NCBI GenBank assembly: GCA_903904735.1
Contig: CAIVDM010000220.1
Location: 20,320-84,319 of the forward strand
Length of the DNA stretch: 64,000 nucleotides
DNA from: an uncultured delta proteobacterium
GTDB lineage: Bacteria > Bdellovibrionota_C > UBA2361 > OMII01
Direction: 5' to 3'
The notes below the pieces were generated by a model, which saw only the letters and a program-made list of their open reading frames with translations, was not told the origin of the DNA and did no database searches. Of the stretch, positions 1 to 10,344 are shown one piece after another. Both the position numbers and the translations under genes were made by a program. Within the stretch, counting starts at the first letter, position 1. Every line of letters begins with the position of its first letter.

Positions 1-194
1 ACATCCGCTGGCGCCTTTGCCAAAGCTTCAGCCACACTCGCCGCGCTTGCGCAAATGCGGGCGATAAATTCGCGGTCGAGGCACGATCCTTCCGAGATGC
101 GCTCACTATGGAGCCTTTGCGCGCTGGAGGTCGCTCGTACTGTTGGATCCCAGGGTGCCGTCACATCCGATGAGAATTGTGTCCGTTCTGCCAT
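1..194 (-). CDS. hypothetical protein, N-terminal part only (runs off the window edge)
   Basis: ATG at 192-194 (minus) preceded by AGAGGT RBS-like sequence; frame MAERTQFSSDVTAPWDPTVR... stays open to position 1; sigma28-like motif upstream. Confidence 0.5.
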   Translation of the reverse strand, partial: MAERTQFSSDVTAPWDPTVRATSSAQRLHSERISEGSCLDREFIARICASAASVAEALAKAPAD

Positions 195-230
195 CGCTAC
201 CTCTTTCAAACCTATACAGTACTAAGTTAG

Positions 231-258
231 TCATCGGTCAAGGAGCGACGCAGCTTGA
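231..258 (-). promoter_or_regulatory. putative sigma28 (FliA)-type promoter
   Basis: minus strand TCAA-N16-ACCGATGA versus consensus TAAA-N15/16-GCCGATAA, 36 nt upstream of ATG at 194. Confidence 0.45.
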
Positions 259-449
259 GATCTCTCTTCTCGATTGATTTACATCACGGCGCAAATCACT
301 GATTACATTAACTAAGAGAGTCTGGCAGGTTGAAATCGCCTCTTTTGAGCTCTCGATAAGAGTTCGCTAGCTCTGAAGGTTTTGCGACCAGCAATAGCGA
401 ACCCTCACGACCTGTAAAGAGCCGCCCAAAACAGCAACTACGGGGGCTA

Positions 450-1679
450 TCAATCTAATCGATCGCGCACGAGACGGTTTTCCAAAGCCTCTAGCACTTC
501 ATCCTCATTGGCAAAGTCCTTATTTCCGACCTCAAACGTCATTGAGAATCGGAGGTATGGTCCTGCTTCATCCCATGGAACCGTAATCAGGCCGTAACGA
601 CTTATCAGGATGTCAGCCATGTGCTGGGCTGATTTTATAGCCTCTCCCTGATACACCTCTGGAACTCTCACATAGAGATAGAACGTGCTTGGTGAACATA
701 TGGCCTCAATCCCCGCCTTGTTAAGAATGGCGGTTACTCGCTCAAGGCGACGTCGATACTTGTCACGATTAGCTGACAGGAAACCCTGACACGAATCTAA
801 CGCGTGCACACCAGCTCGTTGGATCGCGATAAACTGTCCGTTGTCAGTATTGTCTTTTACCAACGCGAAAGCCTTGACGAGCGGCGCTCCTCCGGCGACG
901 AAACCTATTCGATAGCCCTGCATATTGTAGCTCTTTGAGAGCGAATACAGCTCAAGTGTTACGTCTTTTCCTCCAGGGATCTGCAGAGGCGAGACGAAAT
1001 CCCCGTCAAATACGTAGTCCGCGTACGCGGCGTCCTGAACAATCACGAAAGAGCACTCATGAGCTAACTCGACGACTCGCTCAAAAAACGCTCGCGTGGC
1101 GGTAGCTCCTGTTGGATTATTCGGATAGTTCAGGAGCACAAGCTTAGGTCGCTCTTTGCGCACCAGTGCCTCAAACGCCCGCATGTCAGGAAGAAACCCG
1201 TGCCGCGACTCAATCGGCATGTTGAAAACTTTCCCCCCTAGCCATCCAGCCACTTTCGGCAACACTGGATAGCCTGGAGTGGTGGTGACAACCGCGTCGC
1301 CTGGATCAACAAACGCGAGCGGTATCTGCGCGAGCGCGGTTTTGGTTCCCACACAGTGCATCACTTCCGTTTTGGGATCGACCTCGATCCCAAAATCTCT
1401 CTGAAGGTAGCGTGCCGCGGACTCCTGGAACGGGAGAATGCCGTTGCACGGATAGATGCGATTCTCCTTTACGCGCGCCTCGCGATCGAGGGCGGCGATA
1501 ATCTCCTCGCTGGGAATCTCTTCGGGCTCTCCTACCCCCATGTCGATCACTTTGACCGATGGATTCTTAGCTATGAAGTCGAGCTTAGCGTTGTTAATCA
1601 GGGTAAACTTAAAAGTCTGCTGCACCTTGCCAAACTGTTGTCCACCGATACGCTGCGCGAAGAGTTTTTGAATATCCAT
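450..1679 (-). CDS. dapL: LL-diaminopimelate aminotransferase (class I/II PLP aminotransferase)
   Basis: FAQRIGG.FGK N-terminus, DMGVGEP, NYPNNPTG, DAAY, SLSKSYNMQGYRIG (PLP lysine), KDNTDNGQF. Confidence 0.8.
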   Translation of the reverse strand: MDIQKLFAQRIGGQQFGKVQQTFKFTLINNAKLDFIAKNPSVKVIDMGVGEPEEIPSEEIIAALDREARVKENRIYPCNGILPFQESAARYLQRDFGIEVDPKTEVMHCVGTKTALAQIPLAFVDPGDAVVTTTPGYPVLPKVAGWLGGKVFNMPIESRHGFLPDMRAFEALVRKERPKLVLLNYPNNPTGATATRAFFERVVELAHECSFVIVQDAAYADYVFDGDFVSPLQIPGGKDVTLELYSLSKSYNMQGYRIGFVAGGAPLVKAFALVKDNTDNGQFIAIQRAGVHALDSCQGFLSANRDKYRRRLERVTAILNKAGIEAICSPSTFYLYVRVPEVYQGEAIKSAQHMADILISRYGLITVPWDEAGPYLRFSMTFEVGNKDFANEDEVLEALENRLVRDRLD

Positions 1680-1834
1680 AGAGTTCGCTTTTAGTAGTCA
1701 CCAGAACGTTTTCACTGTGTCACAAAACTACGCGATATTTCAACTACGAGAGGTATCAAAAGCCAGCGTTTACAGTGAGCATTAGTCAGTCCACGCCATT
1801 TGCGGGTACCGCCAAAACGAGATAGCATCCCGTT

Positions 1835-2635
1835 ATGAAAGTAAGCTTAATCCAGAGCGATATCGCCTGGAATGATCCCTCCGAGAATGTTAAGCGCTGC
1901 GCCGTGCTCGCGAGCGAGGCGCTCGCGTCGCAGGGTGAGATCCTGATATTCCCAGAGATGTTCACATGCGGATTTTCGATGCCGACCGGGAAGCTCGCGG
2001 AGGAGAGTTCGCGAGAGGGTCTCGAGTTTCTGCGAAGCCTAGCCTCACAGCATTCCGTATTCACGATAGGCTCTCTCCCGGAAATTGACCCAGCCAGCAA
2101 GCACTACAACACCGCGTGGGTATTTGGCCCCCATGGCGCGCGCGGCTCATATCGTAAGATACACCCCTTCTCTTTTGGCGGCGAAGCGGAAACCTACTCA
2201 CCGGGCGCGGATCTCTGCACAACCACTCTAGAGAGCGCGTCGAGCGCCCCCCTGAGGTGCACCGTACTGGTTTGTTACGACCTGCGCTTTGCTCCTCTCT
2301 TTTGGGCTCGAGCTCCTCATACAGACCTTTTTGTGGTTGTGGCCAACTGGCCCGCGACGCGACGAGAGCATTGGCTGACGCTGCTACGCGCGCGAGCGAT
2401 CGAAAACCAGGCCTATGTCGCCGGTGTTAACCGTGTTGGGCCCGGTGGCGGACTGACATACTGCGGAGATTCGGTGCTCTTTGCCCCAGATGGAACCGAG
2501 CTCGGTAAACTAGGCGACAACCAAGAAATACTAACCTGCGAGGTAGAACCCGCCGCGGTCGCTTCGTGGCGCGAGAAGCTACCCGCTTTACTCGACAGAC
2601 GGCCAGAAATATATACAGGTCTCGCGTCACAGTAG
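1835..2635 (+). CDS. carbon-nitrogen hydrolase / nitrilase family (omega-amidase YafV-like)
   Basis: catalytic Glu-Lys-Cys motifs FPEMF, YRKIHPF, VCYDLRF; ANWP..RREHW..LLRARAIENQ. Confidence 0.88.
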   Translation: MKVSLIQSDIAWNDPSENVKRCAVLASEALASQGEILIFPEMFTCGFSMPTGKLAEESSREGLEFLRSLASQHSVFTIGSLPEIDPASKHYNTAWVFGPHGARGSYRKIHPFSFGGEAETYSPGADLCTTTLESASSAPLRCTVLVCYDLRFAPLFWARAPHTDLFVVVANWPATRREHWLTLLRARAIENQAYVAGVNRVGPGGGLTYCGDSVLFAPDGTELGKLGDNQEILTCEVEPAAVASWREKLPALLDRRPEIYTGLASQ

Positions 2636-2865
2636 AACACGGCCAATCTCGTCAGCTCGCTCCTGAGAAACGCGCCTTAAAATAATTTTAGTCTTCCGCG
2701 GCATCAAGAAAATAGCGGCGACCAGTTGTTCACCGCACCTCTCGCGAATAACCAATATCGAACTCCCCTATGCGCCTCGATTATGGCCAGAGCGATTCGC
2801 GCCTGCACGCTCCGCGTATTTGTCTCTAGTTGTCGCTTCGTCTCCATGGCAGCATACAAGGACCA

Positions 2866-4689
2866 ATGAAAACCAGCCTTCTCCACGCCGCGGCCTCCGT
2901 CTTTCTGCTTGTGTGCCTATGCTGGATCGCAACGCTAGGCTCATGGGAGATCCTGCGCGGGGAGTTTCTCGGTGTGGCATATGACTCACTCGCCTCTCAT
3001 TTACTCCGGGGCAGCGCGGAAGTCGACCAAGGGGCGATTCAGTTCGAGCGCTATGAGCTAGACGGAAAGGTTTTCATGTATTTTGGCCCGTTTCCGGCCT
3101 TAGTGCGCATACTCCTGAATTTCATGGCTCCAGGCCATTACGGCGCATGGTCTCGGGTTTCGACCGTCGCGGCGGTTTTTCTATCAGCGATCACGTTTGG
3201 TCGCATGGTAAACAGCGCGCTCACGATCAATCAGAGTATAACTTCACAGAGCAAAAAGTGGCTAACGATCGCCGCGCCTCTTATTTTAGGCCTTGGCACT
3301 CCCCTCGCCTTCTTATTATCGGCGGGTAACATATATCATGAAGCTATGGCGTGGGGGATCTGCGGAACGTTGTTGAGCCTGCGGTCAACCCTAGACCTAG
3401 CTATCAATCCCAAAAGACGCGTTCAAAGTATGCGAGTGTTTTCGATCGGCTTCGCGGTCTCGCTGCTTTCTCGCCTCACGACCGCGATCCCAGCATTACT
3501 ATTAATGCCTTTTGTGCTTGTCCGCTATATCAGACTTGAACTGCCAAAGGATCACTCGCGCCTGAGTATTCCGCGAAAGCTCATCGTCCCCTGCGGCACA
3601 ATTCTCATCTCGAGCCTTTTCCAGCTCTGGTATAATTATGATCGTTTCGGCTCTGTGCTTGTATTTCGGGATCTCTCGAAATACTTCTTCAGCAAAACTC
3701 ATCTTGGGCCAGACTTTTACGCGTCTCGTCTTCCTGACGCGGTTATCCATTATTTTGGCGTATCGAGCCGTCATTTCTTGGATCGCGCGCCGTTTATAGG
3801 AATGGTCACTTCGATATACCAGCGCCCTGAGCTTTTTGTTCTGCCATGGCGAGAACAGACCATCTCTCTTTCTCTAAGCGCTCCATGGCTGCTGATCGCC
3901 GGATCCGTAGGCACGCTGTACGCGCTTATCAGGCCATGTCAGTCATTATCGCGTATCGCGCTGCTAGCCACGCTTGTTCAGGCGCTTCTGGTCATGTCGT
4001 ATTTTTTCATCTCCCAGAGGTATGCCGCCGAGCTTGTGCCTTTTTTTGTCGTAGGACTGTGCGTTTTTGCCAGCCAATGCAGGCTTAATAGGCTCTGGTT
4101 CTCGGCGCTCGTCGCCGCTTCTGCCTTATCGGTGTTTGTCACTCTTACCAGCGCGATTAGATTCCATATGTTATTTGATCCACCAACGCCCGCGGCGCTG
4201 CGTCAGCCGTTTGAGTCACTTTTCTTTCCTGACATCGCGGCGGCTCTCGTGGATAGCCGCGCGACGTCCATCACCGATCTAATCCCGTTGGCTGACCCGT
4301 CCGCCACTATACCCGCATACCCGAATCGGGACGTGTTCGACCGACCTCTCCGGCTCCTCACTTACTCGGCGCTGAAGGGCCTTGGGATGCGCGCCAGCTC
4401 TCGCGTCTCATACGAGGTTCCCCCCGATACGATCGAGTTTCGCGGAATCGCGATGCTTTCGGAGCGAAGCGCCGCTTGCAATGAGATAACTCTCACCTTC
4501 GAAGGCCATAACGAAGATGGTACGCTGATTTTCCAGCAAAGGATAAGCTCCAACACTCCCGATCCGATTCCGCTTTCGGCCTCCATTGTCGCGGTTCGTA
4601 GACTCACCATCTCGCTACGACAAGACATCCAAAGCCCTCTCTGTGACGCGGCGAATCTGTACGCCGCGCGCTTTATACGGAAACGGTAG
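2866..4689 (+). CDS. multi-pass membrane protein (GT-C-like glycosyltransferase fold suspected) with C-terminal NPCBM-like beta domain
   Basis: ATG 2866 after AAGGA; about 10 hydrophobic segments, YFGPFPAL and IYHEA motifs; C-terminal KGLGMRASSRVSY..P...FRG pattern resembles NPCBM/NEW2. Confidence 0.55.
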   Translation: MKTSLLHAAASVFLLVCLCWIATLGSWEILRGEFLGVAYDSLASHLLRGSAEVDQGAIQFERYELDGKVFMYFGPFPALVRILLNFMAPGHYGAWSRVSTVAAVFLSAITFGRMVNSALTINQSITSQSKKWLTIAAPLILGLGTPLAFLLSAGNIYHEAMAWGICGTLLSLRSTLDLAINPKRRVQSMRVFSIGFAVSLLSRLTTAIPALLLMPFVLVRYIRLELPKDHSRLSIPRKLIVPCGTILISSLFQLWYNYDRFGSVLVFRDLSKYFFSKTHLGPDFYASRLPDAVIHYFGVSSRHFLDRAPFIGMVTSIYQRPELFVLPWREQTISLSLSAPWLLIAGSVGTLYALIRPCQSLSRIALLATLVQALLVMSYFFISQRYAAELVPFFVVGLCVFASQCRLNRLWFSALVAASALSVFVTLTSAIRFHMLFDPPTPAALRQPFESLFFPDIAAALVDSRATSITDLIPLADPSATIPAYPNRDVFDRPLRLLTYSALKGLGMRASSRVSYEVPPDTIEFRGIAMLSERSAACNEITLTFEGHNEDGTLIFQQRISSNTPDPIPLSASIVAVRRLTISLRQDIQSPLCDAANLYAARFIRKR

Positions 4690-4701
4690 CGCGCCTTTCG
4701 C

Positions 4702-7700
4702 TCAGAAAGCGTGCTCAGCCAACCACGTATCAACCCGCTTGGGTGATATAGGATACCGAGTTCCTAGCTCCTGCGCGAAAAAGGAAACCTTTAACTCCTC
4801 TAGCATCCATCGGAGCTCGACTTGCTTCTCTCTTGGCAGATTTGGTATCCGCTCACTAAACGCGCGTAACTGACGGACACACTGCTCATAACGAGTAGGG
4901 TTCGTGTCCATACGCTCACACCGTAACGTCATGGCGCGTAGATATCTCGGAAGGTGCCGCAGATGCTCAAATGGCGTCACCGCGAGCACGTCAGGGGGGA
5001 CGAGCGCGTCTAAATCACCTCGCAATCCCGAGTAAGGGCGCTTAACCTGAAGAAGCGTTTTGCGTAGCTCTAACATAGACTTCGTCGTGTCGAGAATCAT
5101 GAGGATTAAATTCGGCGTGCGCTTACGGGCGGTCTCTATCAACTCATCAAATGCGCCTCGAGTGAGGGGATAGGCAATTGGCCCCTCAAAGATATAATTG
5201 AACGCGCATTCTAGCAGGCTCCTTTTGAAATCATCGGGGGTACTCCAAAGCAGCAAGAGCGCTCGCAGCTTCTCGATATCCTTCGATTGCTTGCGCAGGT
5301 CGCTAACCTCTTTGGAAAGCACCTTTTCCGCGAGCGCTCGCAACCCTTGAGCCGCGTCACGAATGGCGTCCTCTCGGGAGTCCGCGAGTCGAATGGCGAT
5401 TCGATCTCCTTCCCCACGAAGTGTCGGATAGAGCAATATAGGTACACCGGCGAGCATACCTACCTGCACGCTCTCTGGCAGATCTCCGAAATCCCATGAT
5501 GAGACATCTTCGCGCTCCCAGGTAGCTCGGGCCGTGCTCCAGGGACCCAAGTCGTTCATCGAGTCCACGCGCACAGTCTCTCCGCCCCCCGAATCGCGCC
5601 CAGTAGCCTGACGAGTGCTACCACCCTCTTCCTCATTATCTCGAACTGTCACGCGAGGTCGTAAATGACTCGGCAGTGTAGCCACATCCAACGCCTCATC
5701 GGGCACTTGAATGGCGAATTCCTCACGGAGTATCTCTCTCACCGCCCTTACGAGAGGTAGCTTCGTCATCGTAGCGTGCTGAGCGATCCTTTGAGCGGCT
5801 GAAGGGAGCGGACCGAGCAGCTTACGAATATCCTTCGGAAGATCATGCAGCAGATGAAGCACCTGTTTTTCCCGTAAACCCGGTATCACTCCATCAAGGA
5901 GCTCTGAAGCCATCCCCTTGATCAAGTTAGGTGGTAGCTCCAACGTCACTCCATCACTTTTCGCCCCTGGCTCATAAGCGTACCACACACGGATATTTTC
6001 ACCCGCGACGGCTATTGAATCCGGGAATTGCTCGTCGATGTTCGCAAACTCCGCGCCCTTCGAGAGGTACTCGACGCTTACCTGGATCTTCTCCGAATTG
6101 TTCGCGAGCTTATTTTTGATGAATCTATCGAGCTCCTCGACCGAGGCGATTAAGGGAAGCCGCTCACGATAAAACTGCGCGAGGCGCTCCTCTAGCTCTA
6201 CTCGATTCAGCCGTCCTTGCGAGGCAAGTACCATGGCCACTTTATTAGCGACCGCCCGATTCTTTTCTATCCAAGGTCTATCTGATGACTCATCAGAGGC
6301 GAGGAGCGCGTTCTGGATAAATATCTCCCGAGCCTCCTCTGGATTGTGGGATCCGTAGAGGACTCGTCGACTTGATAAAAGGAATCCATTAAGAGTGACC
6401 CTCTCCTCAGCTATCACCGCGCGGCGCTCCGCGCACCATCTCGGTTCGACAAAGCCTCGTTTAATGAGGTGTCGCGCGAGATCCTCTATCCATGAAACGA
6501 CAACTCGCGCGTTGTTCCGAGCGAATACTCTCGATGTCTCAACTATCTCCGACGATACAATCCACTGCTGCTGAGAGGAACGTCGCTTCCGTTCATGGTG
6601 GGTCTTTTCAGCCGAGGCTCGGCTCTTCTCCGAGAGCACCGATCCCGGCCACATCGAAAGCTCGCGCCCAGTTCCACCCCGGTAGCTATTCGCCGAGAGA
6701 CGATAGGAGATCTGTCCGAGGAAGCCACTCAAGATTGAACGATGAATAGCTCGATAGCGTCCATCGAAACGCTCAATCGTCGAGGGGTCTGATATCGCGG
6801 CGACATCCGCGTCCATTTCGCGCGACAACTCGCTGATGAGATCGCCCCACTCTCTCATCTTCACGAAAGACAGGTAGTTTGCTTTACAAAACTTCCGAAG
6901 CGCCGACTTACTCCTGCCTTGTCCGATCTCTCGCGCGCATTCGGTCCACAGTTTGACCAGAGTGAGAAAATCTGAATCAGGATGCGCGAACGCTCGATGC
7001 GCCTGGTCAGCTTTTTGGCGGTTCTCCGCTGAGCGCTCTCGCGGGTCTTGAATACTGAGAGCCGCCGCGATGACGATCATCTCGGCGAGACATCGCTCGC
7101 GACGCGCTTGCAGCAACATACGCCCGATGGTCGGGTCCACAGGAAGCTTGGCTAGATCCATCCCGATTCGAGAAACCTCTCCTTGGAGATCAATCGCCCC
7201 TAATTCATGTAGCAACGCGAAGCCGCCTTTGATAGCGCGGGGATCCGGTGGATTTAGAAAAGGAAATGTCTCGATGTCGCCGAGATTGAAAGCCTTCATG
7301 CGAAGTATCACTTCCGCTAAGTTAGCCCTCAGGATCTCCGGCTCGGCGAACGGCGCGCGGCTATCGAAATCATCCCGTTCATACAAGCGAATACACACGC
7401 CCGCCTCAATACGCCCCGCGCGCCCCGAGCGCTGGTTCGCGTTACTCTGGGCGACGCGCTCAACGGGGAGTCGTCTCACCCTTTGGCGGGCATTGTATCG
7501 ACTCACTCGGGCAAGACCTGAGTCGATCACGAAACGGATACCGGGTATCGTCAAAGAGGTCTCGGCGATATTAGTCGAGACGATTACTTTTCTCTTTGAG
7601 GTGGGCGCGAAGACTTTTTCTTGCTCCGAGCTCGACAGGCTTCCCATAAGCGGCAAAACATCGACGCTTTTCCCACTTCTATCTCGTATCAACTCGCACG

Positions 7701-8460
7701 TCTCGCGAATGTCTCTCTCAGTGGGCATAAAAACGAGGACATCCCCCTCGAGAGACTCGACCATCACGTCGCGCACCGCTTCGGCCGCTCCTTCCACGTG
7801 AGACACATCCTCTTCATCCTCGAACGAGGATAGCGGACGATAGTGTATATCGACCGGGAAGAGCCGCCCTGATACCTCAAATACAGGGGCATCATTAAAC
7901 GCCTTCGAGAAGAGTTCGGTGTCAATCGTGGCGCTTGTAATGACGACTTTCAGATCAGTACGTCGCACGAGCAGCTGTTTGATGTACCCTAACAGGAAAT
8001 CGATATTCAGGGAGCGTTCGTGCGCCTCATCGAGGATGATCGCCTCATACGCTCGGAGATCAGGGTCACTTCGTATCTCGGCCAGAAGTATCCCGTCAGT
8101 CATCACCTTAATGCGCGTCTCTCGGCGAGTGTGATCAGTGAATCTGATCTTACACCCCACCTCGTGCCCCCATGTGACGCCCAACTCCTGAGCTAAACGG
8201 CGAGACACCGACAGGGCGGCTATCCTTCTTGGTTGTGTGCAGGCGATCTTGCCATGATTGCCGATACCCGCCTCCAAGCACATCTTAGGAATCTGTGTGG
8301 TTTTACCCGAACCTGTCTCTCCCGAGATGATAACGACTTGATTAGATCTGAGAGCGCTAACAATCGCCTCTCTCTTCGCGACTATAGGAAGCGCGGGTGG
8401 ATAAGAGACCTCAAAAGGCTTGGGCGCTGGTACGCCTTGTTGGCGCTCTTGTGTCGACAT
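4702..8460 (-). CDS. hrpA: ATP-dependent RNA helicase HrpA
   Basis: GETGSGKT, TQPRRIAA, DEAH, SAT, TNIAETSLT, QRSGRAGR; C-terminal RWMLEELKVSFFAQELGT (DUF3418-type) ending. Confidence 0.93.
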   Translation of the reverse strand: MSTQERQQGVPAPKPFEVSYPPALPIVAKREAIVSALRSNQVVIISGETGSGKTTQIPKMCLEAGIGNHGKIACTQPRRIAALSVSRRLAQELGVTWGHEVGCKIRFTDHTRRETRIKVMTDGILLAEIRSDPDLRAYEAIILDEAHERSLNIDFLLGYIKQLLVRRTDLKVVITSATIDTELFSKAFNDAPVFEVSGRLFPVDIHYRPLSSFEDEEDVSHVEGAAEAVRDVMVESLEGDVLVFMPTERDIRETCELIRDRSGKSVDVLPLMGSLSSSEQEKVFAPTSKRKVIVSTNIAETSLTIPGIRFVIDSGLARVSRYNARQRVRRLPVERVAQSNANQRSGRAGRIEAGVCIRLYERDDFDSRAPFAEPEILRANLAEVILRMKAFNLGDIETFPFLNPPDPRAIKGGFALLHELGAIDLQGEVSRIGMDLAKLPVDPTIGRMLLQARRERCLAEMIVIAAALSIQDPRERSAENRQKADQAHRAFAHPDSDFLTLVKLWTECAREIGQGRSKSALRKFCKANYLSFVKMREWGDLISELSREMDADVAAISDPSTIERFDGRYRAIHRSILSGFLGQISYRLSANSYRGGTGRELSMWPGSVLSEKSRASAEKTHHERKRRSSQQQWIVSSEIVETSRVFARNNARVVVSWIEDLARHLIKRGFVEPRWCAERRAVIAEERVTLNGFLLSSRRVLYGSHNPEEAREIFIQNALLASDESSDRPWIEKNRAVANKVAMVLASQGRLNRVELEERLAQFYRERLPLIASVEELDRFIKNKLANNSEKIQVSVEYLSKGAEFANIDEQFPDSIAVAGENIRVWYAYEPGAKSDGVTLELPPNLIKGMASELLDGVIPGLREKQVLHLLHDLPKDIRKLLGPLPSAAQRIAQHATMTKLPLVRAVREILREEFAIQVPDEALDVATLPSHLRPRVTVRDNEEEGGSTRQATGRDSGGGETVRVDSMNDLGPWSTARATWEREDVSSWDFGDLPESVQVGMLAGVPILLYPTLRGEGDRIAIRLADSREDAIRDAAQGLRALAEKVLSKEVSDLRKQSKDIEKLRALLLLWSTPDDFKRSLLECAFNYIFEGPIAYPLTRGAFDELIETARKRTPNLILMILDTTKSMLELRKTLLQVKRPYSGLRGDLDALVPPDVLAVTPFEHLRHLPRYLRAMTLRCERMDTNPTRYEQCVRQLRAFSERIPNLPREKQVELRWMLEELKVSFFAQELGTRYPISPKRVDTWLAEHAF

Positions 8461-8940
8461 CGTTTAATTAAAATGGGCTCCGTGGAGACATCGCCTACCC
8501 TACCCTAAGCGGCGTAGGCCGCCGCAATCCTACCATAGGGGCAAATGGGCATCAAAACACTGGGCTGACCTCGGGTCCGCCGACGATGACCGAGCCTCTA
8601 GACAGGCACACGGGCGCAATGGCGCTCTTCCGCGGAAAAGGCTCGTGGAAAAGAGGTCTTTCTAGGCGGGCGCCGGAGTTGTACCAGCCGAGGTGAGAGC
8701 GCTAAAGGGTTGAAAGTGTTTAGTGGCGTTCGCATCCGTTGAAGTTTTGGTGCGATGTGACATATAACTGTACAACGTAGTGCTCGCCGCTGGTGTTCAA
8801 GAAAGTATGGATACTGACCGACCTCCCATCTAACGAAGGACTACGTGCTATACAGAACCTATAGAACTTGAGATGGGAAAGCCGATTTGCACACCGCGGA
8901 TCTACCCTGGTAGCGTTGCACCGACTTGACTCTGGCTTAT

Positions 8941-9681
8941 ATGAAGATGCGTATGAAACTTTCCCTGCACATTTTAGTCGCCACGCTCTCACTCATCGCC
9001 GCGATGTCACCCGCGTTGGCCTGTCCAGCTGTTGGCGGTCTACCCGATGTTAACTGCGACGGAACCGCGACTGTAGTAGTTGTGGGAGACAGCCTCGTTT
9101 CCGGGATCGGTGACACGAAGAACGAGGGTAAAGGGGGGTATGTACTTCGCACCCAGAGCGAGTTCCGTGAGGCGACATTTTTTCGACGTGGGACACCAGG
9201 ACTCCGCACAGTTCCTCTACTACAGAAGCTTAAGAAGACTTTTCTAACGCCTCTTGAGTCAGACTTCGCGCAAGAACTACTCACTGCCGACCTCGTGGTG
9301 CTGGATGTGGGAAGAAACGATCGATGGCTCATGGGGCTACCTTCAGCGACTTTTCGTAACCTCAAAAAGGCGCGTGGTATAATTGAGCAATCAACGCTTG
9401 AACAGAGTGGAAAGGCCCCGCTCGTGGTGCTTGCAGTTCTGATGTTACCGAATCGGGGATCACAGGGACCGTGGGTTAAGGAGCTCAACGAGATTATCTT
9501 CTCATCTCACTCGAAAGCTCATCCAGCGGACCTCCGATTTGACCAAGTGAGTAAGCGCCTCTTGTCACCTGATAGCATACATCCAACCTCAAAGGGCTAT
9601 GCCGCCCTCTCTAAGGTTTTCACGTCATACCTTAAGAACGAGTATCCCAAATACGTCGCCGCCCGTGGTGGCGACCAGTAG
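8941..9681 (+). CDS. secreted SGNH/GDSL hydrolase (esterase/lipase)
   Basis: signal peptide; blocks GDSL, G.PG, GRND, DSIHP. Confidence 0.82.
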   Translation: MKMRMKLSLHILVATLSLIAAMSPALACPAVGGLPDVNCDGTATVVVVGDSLVSGIGDTKNEGKGGYVLRTQSEFREATFFRRGTPGLRTVPLLQKLKKTFLTPLESDFAQELLTADLVVLDVGRNDRWLMGLPSATFRNLKKARGIIEQSTLEQSGKAPLVVLAVLMLPNRGSQGPWVKELNEIIFSSHSKAHPADLRFDQVSKRLLSPDSIHPTSKGYAALSKVFTSYLKNEYPKYVAARGGDQ

Positions 9682-9686
9682 ATTCC

Positions 9687-10275
9687 ATGTCGAGCCACGC
9701 TAGATGTATAGAGTCGCAGTTCGCCTTCCTTATTGAGGCGGACCAGCTAAAGAATGTACTAAGAAGAGTCTCGACGAATAACGACCCAACTCCGCGGAGC
9801 ATTCCTGGAACGTCATACTGCTGGCGCTCACGTTAGCGAGCACTCCAATGAGCCAGTTAATCTCTTGAAGGTGGCAACCATGTTAGCGCTTCACGACATC
9901 GTCGAGATTGATGTGGGAGACACATTTCACTACCACAAGAGCGCCGACACCAGCGTCGCCGAGCGTGCGGCAGCCTCACGAATTTTCGGTCTACTACCCG
10001 AAGATCAGCGGGAGTCGTATTCAGCGCTGTGGCGCGAGTTTGAGGAGCGTCAGACCCCGGAGGCTCGTTTCGCGGCGGCAGTCGATCGTATTTGGCCGAT
10101 CTTTCAAAATATCGCGCACAGAGGTGGAACCTGGAAGGAGTTCGGCGTCTCCTTATCCGCCGCTAAAGAGAAAAACTGCCACGTTACTCAAGGCTCCAGC
10201 TCAATATGGGACTATGTCTCACACCTGATGAATCAAGCCCACAAAAATGGTTTTTTCATGATGGCGCCTCGGTGA
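9687..10275 (+). pseudogene. HD-domain phosphohydrolase (HD_3/YfbR-like), split by two frameshifts
   Basis: frame from ATG 9687 gives QFAFLIEADQLKNVLRR; second frame 9788-9837 gives NSAEHSWNVILLALTLA; third frame from 9838 gives EHSNEPVNLLKVATMLALHDIVEIDVGDT...TPEARFAAAVDR. Confidence 0.75.
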
Positions 10276-10344
10276 CGGACAAGCCTGCCTTTTAACCGGC
10301 GACTCCCTGCCTCTCGAACTCTCCGAGACGAGGCGTCCATCACA

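Noticed and set aside
7070-7801. Long antisense ORFs (for example 243 aa opposite hrpA, 246 aa opposite motAB, 211 aa opposite cpaE)
   Set aside because: They are shadow ORFs opposite well-supported genes, with no motifs.
8720-8992. 90-aa minus-strand ORF upstream of hrpA
   Set aside because: It overlaps the GDSL gene start, has no RBS or recognisable motif, and cannot be supported.
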